DNA of 64,000 nucleotides from Cloacimonetes bacterium UBA5835 (GTDB lineage Bacteria; Cloacimonadota; Cloacimonadia; Cloacimonadales; Cloacimonadaceae): NCBI GenBank assembly GCA_002432865.1, contig DJGX01000033.1, positions 4,122 to 68,121 of the forward strand, read 5' to 3'. Shown piece by piece: positions 61,071 to 64,000 of this stretch (position 1 is its first letter; each line of letters starts with the position of its first letter). The notes under the pieces were generated by a model. It saw only the letters and a program-made list of their open reading frames with translations, ran no database searches and was not told where the DNA came from. The position numbers and the translations under genes were made by a program.

Positions 61071-61853
61071 TTGAGGCATAAAGTTATGGAACTAAACAAA
61101 GGTACTCGTAAGCGACGCGGTAATAGCAGATATTATCTGTTCTTTTTCTTTGCACTAATAGGTGTAGCAATTATTGGATTGGGTATCTGGTTTGGGCTTA
61201 CTAACATAGACCTTTTTAAGTTCCAAAAGATGCAAATAAGCGGCAATAAAGTTATTCCCGATACTTTATTTTATAAAATTACCAGTCCCTATATAGGAAT
61301 GAATTTATTTACAGTTCCTTCTTCTGAGATAAAGGCAAAGTTAAATACTCTATCGAGGGTTAAGAATGTTAAATTACATAAGCGTTTACCCGATACTATT
61401 AAACTTGATATTACTGAACGCAAGGCAGCAATTTATCTTAAAACAATAGAAGGAGATCTATATCCTGTAGATTCCGAAGGTGTAGTTTTAATCATTTATA
61501 CGCCAGTTTATAAAGAAGATATACCAATTTATAGTACTTACTTAAGTAACAATCAGATCAAACCGGGAATAAAATTAAAATACTCTGGATTACAAAAGGT
61601 TTTACAGCTTCATCAGAGAGTAGTGAAAGAAGCACCAGACTTTTTGCCTCAGATTTCAGAATATTATTTAATAGACAACACTATTAACATAATCGATGCT
61701 AAAACTGGAACTCGGATAATTCCATCAGAGGAAGATTTTGCAACGCAAATTTCCCGTTATCGATTCGTTCAGGAAAACGGAAATATAAATAGAAACAGCG
61801 TAGTTGACTTGCGCTTCAAAAATCAAGTTGTTGTTAAGGTAGGTAATAAATGA
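61071..61853 (+). CDS. ftsQ: Cell division protein FtsQ/DivIB
   Basis: TM, POTRA-like region (ISGN...KRLPDTI...ER), C-terminal VDLRF. Confidence 0.85.
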   Translation: MRHKVMELNKGTRKRRGNSRYYLFFFFALIGVAIIGLGIWFGLTNIDLFKFQKMQISGNKVIPDTLFYKITSPYIGMNLFTVPSSEIKAKLNTLSRVKNVKLHKRLPDTIKLDITERKAAIYLKTIEGDLYPVDSEGVVLIIYTPVYKEDIPIYSTYLSNNQIKPGIKLKYSGLQKVLQLHQRVVKEAPDFLPQISEYYLIDNTINIIDAKTGTRIIPSEEDFATQISRYRFVQENGNINRNSVVDLRFKNQVVVKVGNK

Positions 61854-63121
61854 AACAATCCATCATCACAGCTTTAGATATTGGTTCTTCCAATGTTCGT
61901 TGCATTATTGCTAAAGAAATTGGAGAAGGACGCTTAGAGATTTTAGGCATCGGAGAAAGCCCATCCGAAGGTATCGAATGTGGCATTGTAAAAGATATTC
62001 AAGCTCTTTCCGGTTGTGTAGCAAAAGCAATCTCCACAGCTGAGAATGATGCTAAAATAGCTGCTACCAATATCTATTGCAATATTACCGGTGATCATAT
62101 TAGAACTCAAATCGGTGATGGACGCATTTCTATCCCCTCCGAAATTCCTAATGAACCTGGTGAAATTACACAGGAACATACAGAACAGGTTATAAACGAT
62201 GCTAAGAATAGTGTTAAAATTCAAAAAGGTTTGGAACGTTGTCGTATTTTGCATGGTATTCCGCATCATTTTATAATCGATAATCAGGATGATATTCATA
62301 ATCCTGTAAATATGAATGGTTTCCATCTAATTGCTAGAGTATATACTATTCTTGCTGAACTTACTCCATTGCGAAATCTAAATAAGTGTATTCAACTGGC
62401 AGGTTATGATATAGATCCGGAAAATTTTGTTTTAAATCATATTGCCGTAGCTGAATCAATTTTAAGTGAAGATGAGCGTCGCCTGGGAGCTTTAGTTCTT
62501 GATATTGGAGGCGGAACATGTGATTTGTCCATTTTTAATCGCGGCACCTTGGAAAAAATATTAGTTATCCCTATGGCAGGAAAAAACATTACTGAAGACC
62601 TGGCTATTGGTCTTAAAACCACTTTAGGTAATGCTGAATATATCAAGATTGAATATGGAAATGCCTTAGCCAATAGTGTGGACCAAACAGAAGAAATTGA
62701 TGTTGAAGGTATTAGCGGACGTGCCTCCAGTCGAAAAACAAGATATCTGGTCAGCAATGTGATTCAACATAGAGTGGAAGAAATGCTATCTTTATGTTAC
62801 ACAAAAGCTAAGGATTATTATACACCAGAGCTCGTCACTTCAGGAATTATTCTTTGCGGAGGAACCGCTAAAATGAAAAATCTGGATATTGTTCTTTCAG
62901 AATCTTTTAACCTAAATGTAAAAACTGCTACTCCAGACCTCTCTCGTTTAAACGGAATGATCAGCCGTTTGGAAGATCCTGCCTTTGCAACTGTTATAGG
63001 AATTTTATACTATGCTTCAGGTAAAAATACTGAACCGGTTACCAAGGGCTTTGCTTTACCTAACATAAAAAGCACTAAAATCGTCGATAAAATTAAAAAA
63101 ATACTAAGGGACTTTACCTAA
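61850..63121 (+). CDS. ftsA: Cell division protein FtsA
   Basis: LDIGSS, DIGGGT, AEYIK, CGGTA, C-terminal amphipathic helix. Confidence 0.95.
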   Translation: MKQSIITALDIGSSNVRCIIAKEIGEGRLEILGIGESPSEGIECGIVKDIQALSGCVAKAISTAENDAKIAATNIYCNITGDHIRTQIGDGRISIPSEIPNEPGEITQEHTEQVINDAKNSVKIQKGLERCRILHGIPHHFIIDNQDDIHNPVNMNGFHLIARVYTILAELTPLRNLNKCIQLAGYDIDPENFVLNHIAVAESILSEDERRLGALVLDIGGGTCDLSIFNRGTLEKILVIPMAGKNITEDLAIGLKTTLGNAEYIKIEYGNALANSVDQTEEIDVEGISGRASSRKTRYLVSNVIQHRVEEMLSLCYTKAKDYYTPELVTSGIILCGGTAKMKNLDIVLSESFNLNVKTATPDLSRLNGMISRLEDPAFATVIGILYYASGKNTEPVTKGFALPNIKSTKIVDKIKKILRDFT

Positions 63122-63132
63122 AAGGGGGAATA

Positions 63133-64000
63133 ATGATTGAATTTGACGAAAAACCCAGCCAGATTGGAACCAACATTAAAATTATTGGTGTAGGGGGAGC
63201 TGGTGGAAACGCCCTCAATACTATGATTGAGAATAATCTCTATGGCGTAGAATTTATCGCTGCCAATACAGATAGCCGCGATCTTGCTAAAAGCAAAGCC
63301 AATATGAAACTGCAATTGGGAAAAAAACTAACTCGGGGATTAGGAACTGGTGCTAATCCTGAAATTGGTGCCAGAAGCGCAGAAGAATCAAAAGACGATA
63401 TCAAAAGTCATCTGGACGGCGCAGATATGGTTTTTTTAACTGCCGGCATGGGAGGTGGAACAGGAACTGGAGCTGCCCCTATTATAGCCAAAATTGCCCG
63501 TGAAATGGGAATTTTAACTTTTGGAATTGTTACTTCTCCTTTTCCTTTCGAAGGCAAAAAAAGAGCTGAAAATGCAATGTATGGCATTAAGCACCTCTGT
63601 GAATTTGTGGATACATTGCTTGTGATTCCCAATTCTAAGCTTTGTGAAATATACTCTACTTTAGCTTTAGAGGACGCCTTTCACCAGGCCGATAATGTTC
63701 TCTATGAAGCAGCTAAAGCAGTTAGCGATATAATTAATGTAACCGGTTTAATCAATGTAGATTTTGCTGATGTTAAATCTATAATGCAAAATATGGGTTA
63801 TGCTCTAATAGGAAGCGGAGTAGCCGAAGGTGATGATAGAGCTATCAATGCAGCCAGAGCAGCTATTGATAATCCCCTTCTTACTCACATCAGCTTGCAG
63901 GGATGTCAATCTTTACTTCTAAACATTACTGCCGGACACGATATTTTGATGAGTGAATTCGACGAGGTCTCTAATGTTATAGTTAGTGAAACTGGTAAAG
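63133..64000 (+). CDS. ftsZ: Cell division protein FtsZ, truncated by the window end (missing from the ORF track)
   Basis: ATG 63133: MIEFDEKPSQIGTNIKIIGVGGAGGNA...GMGGGTGTG...NVDFAD. Confidence 0.97.
   Translation, partial: MIEFDEKPSQIGTNIKIIGVGGAGGNALNTMIENNLYGVEFIAANTDSRDLAKSKANMKLQLGKKLTRGLGTGANPEIGARSAEESKDDIKSHLDGADMVFLTAGMGGGTGTGAAPIIAKIAREMGILTFGIVTSPFPFEGKKRAENAMYGIKHLCEFVDTLLVIPNSKLCEIYSTLALEDAFHQADNVLYEAAKAVSDIINVTGLINVDFADVKSIMQNMGYALIGSGVAEGDDRAINAARAAIDNPLLTHISLQGCQSLLLNITAGHDILMSEFDEVSNVIVSETGK

Noticed and set aside
1212-63632. Numerous 60-200 aa ORFs in the track that overlap or oppose confident genes (e.g. 19831-20430, 31533-31850, 36531-37019, 12236-12637)
   Set aside because: Antisense or alternate-frame shadows of well-supported genes, with no RBS or family motifs.
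1-64000. Selenocysteine or stop-readthrough recoding
   Set aside because: No split gene with an in-frame TGA at a catalytic Cys position was seen; all redox Cys motifs use Cys codons.

Overview
AT-rich, gene-dense bacterial chromosomal window. The style (C25 gingipain homologue, PorV, FlgD/T9SS-type C-terminal domains, PPi-PFK, GlnRS) suggests an FCB-group anaerobe, probably Cloacimonadota (Ca. Cloacimonas-like); this is inference, not a database result. In order: the end of an uncharacterised membrane-protein operon, a class II aldolase, glnS, an ACT/NikR-like small protein, a GT2, dnaX, PPi-dependent PFK, gdhA, a four-domain CoA-disulfide/persulfide reductase, phoB-phoR plus a sigma factor facing porin-pstSCAB-phoU, lemA, mscS, a HAD hydrolase, yjbQ, wecB, a gingipain/deiminase fusion, rpsA with acidic tails, a cmk-ispH fusion, a CTD-bearing secreted protein, a GNAT, a repeat-rich non-coding stretch, tRNA-Leu(CAA), porV plus an M6-type protease plus three paralogous envelope proteins, a flavin reductase, and the dcw cluster (mraZ to a truncated ftsZ, with a murE-murF fusion). 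No CRISPR array, rRNA or intact mobile element was seen. The most striking item is one secreted polypeptide joining an apparently intact Arg-gingipain to an agmatine/peptidylarginine-deiminase domain. All family assignments come from motif recognition by eye; no searches were run.
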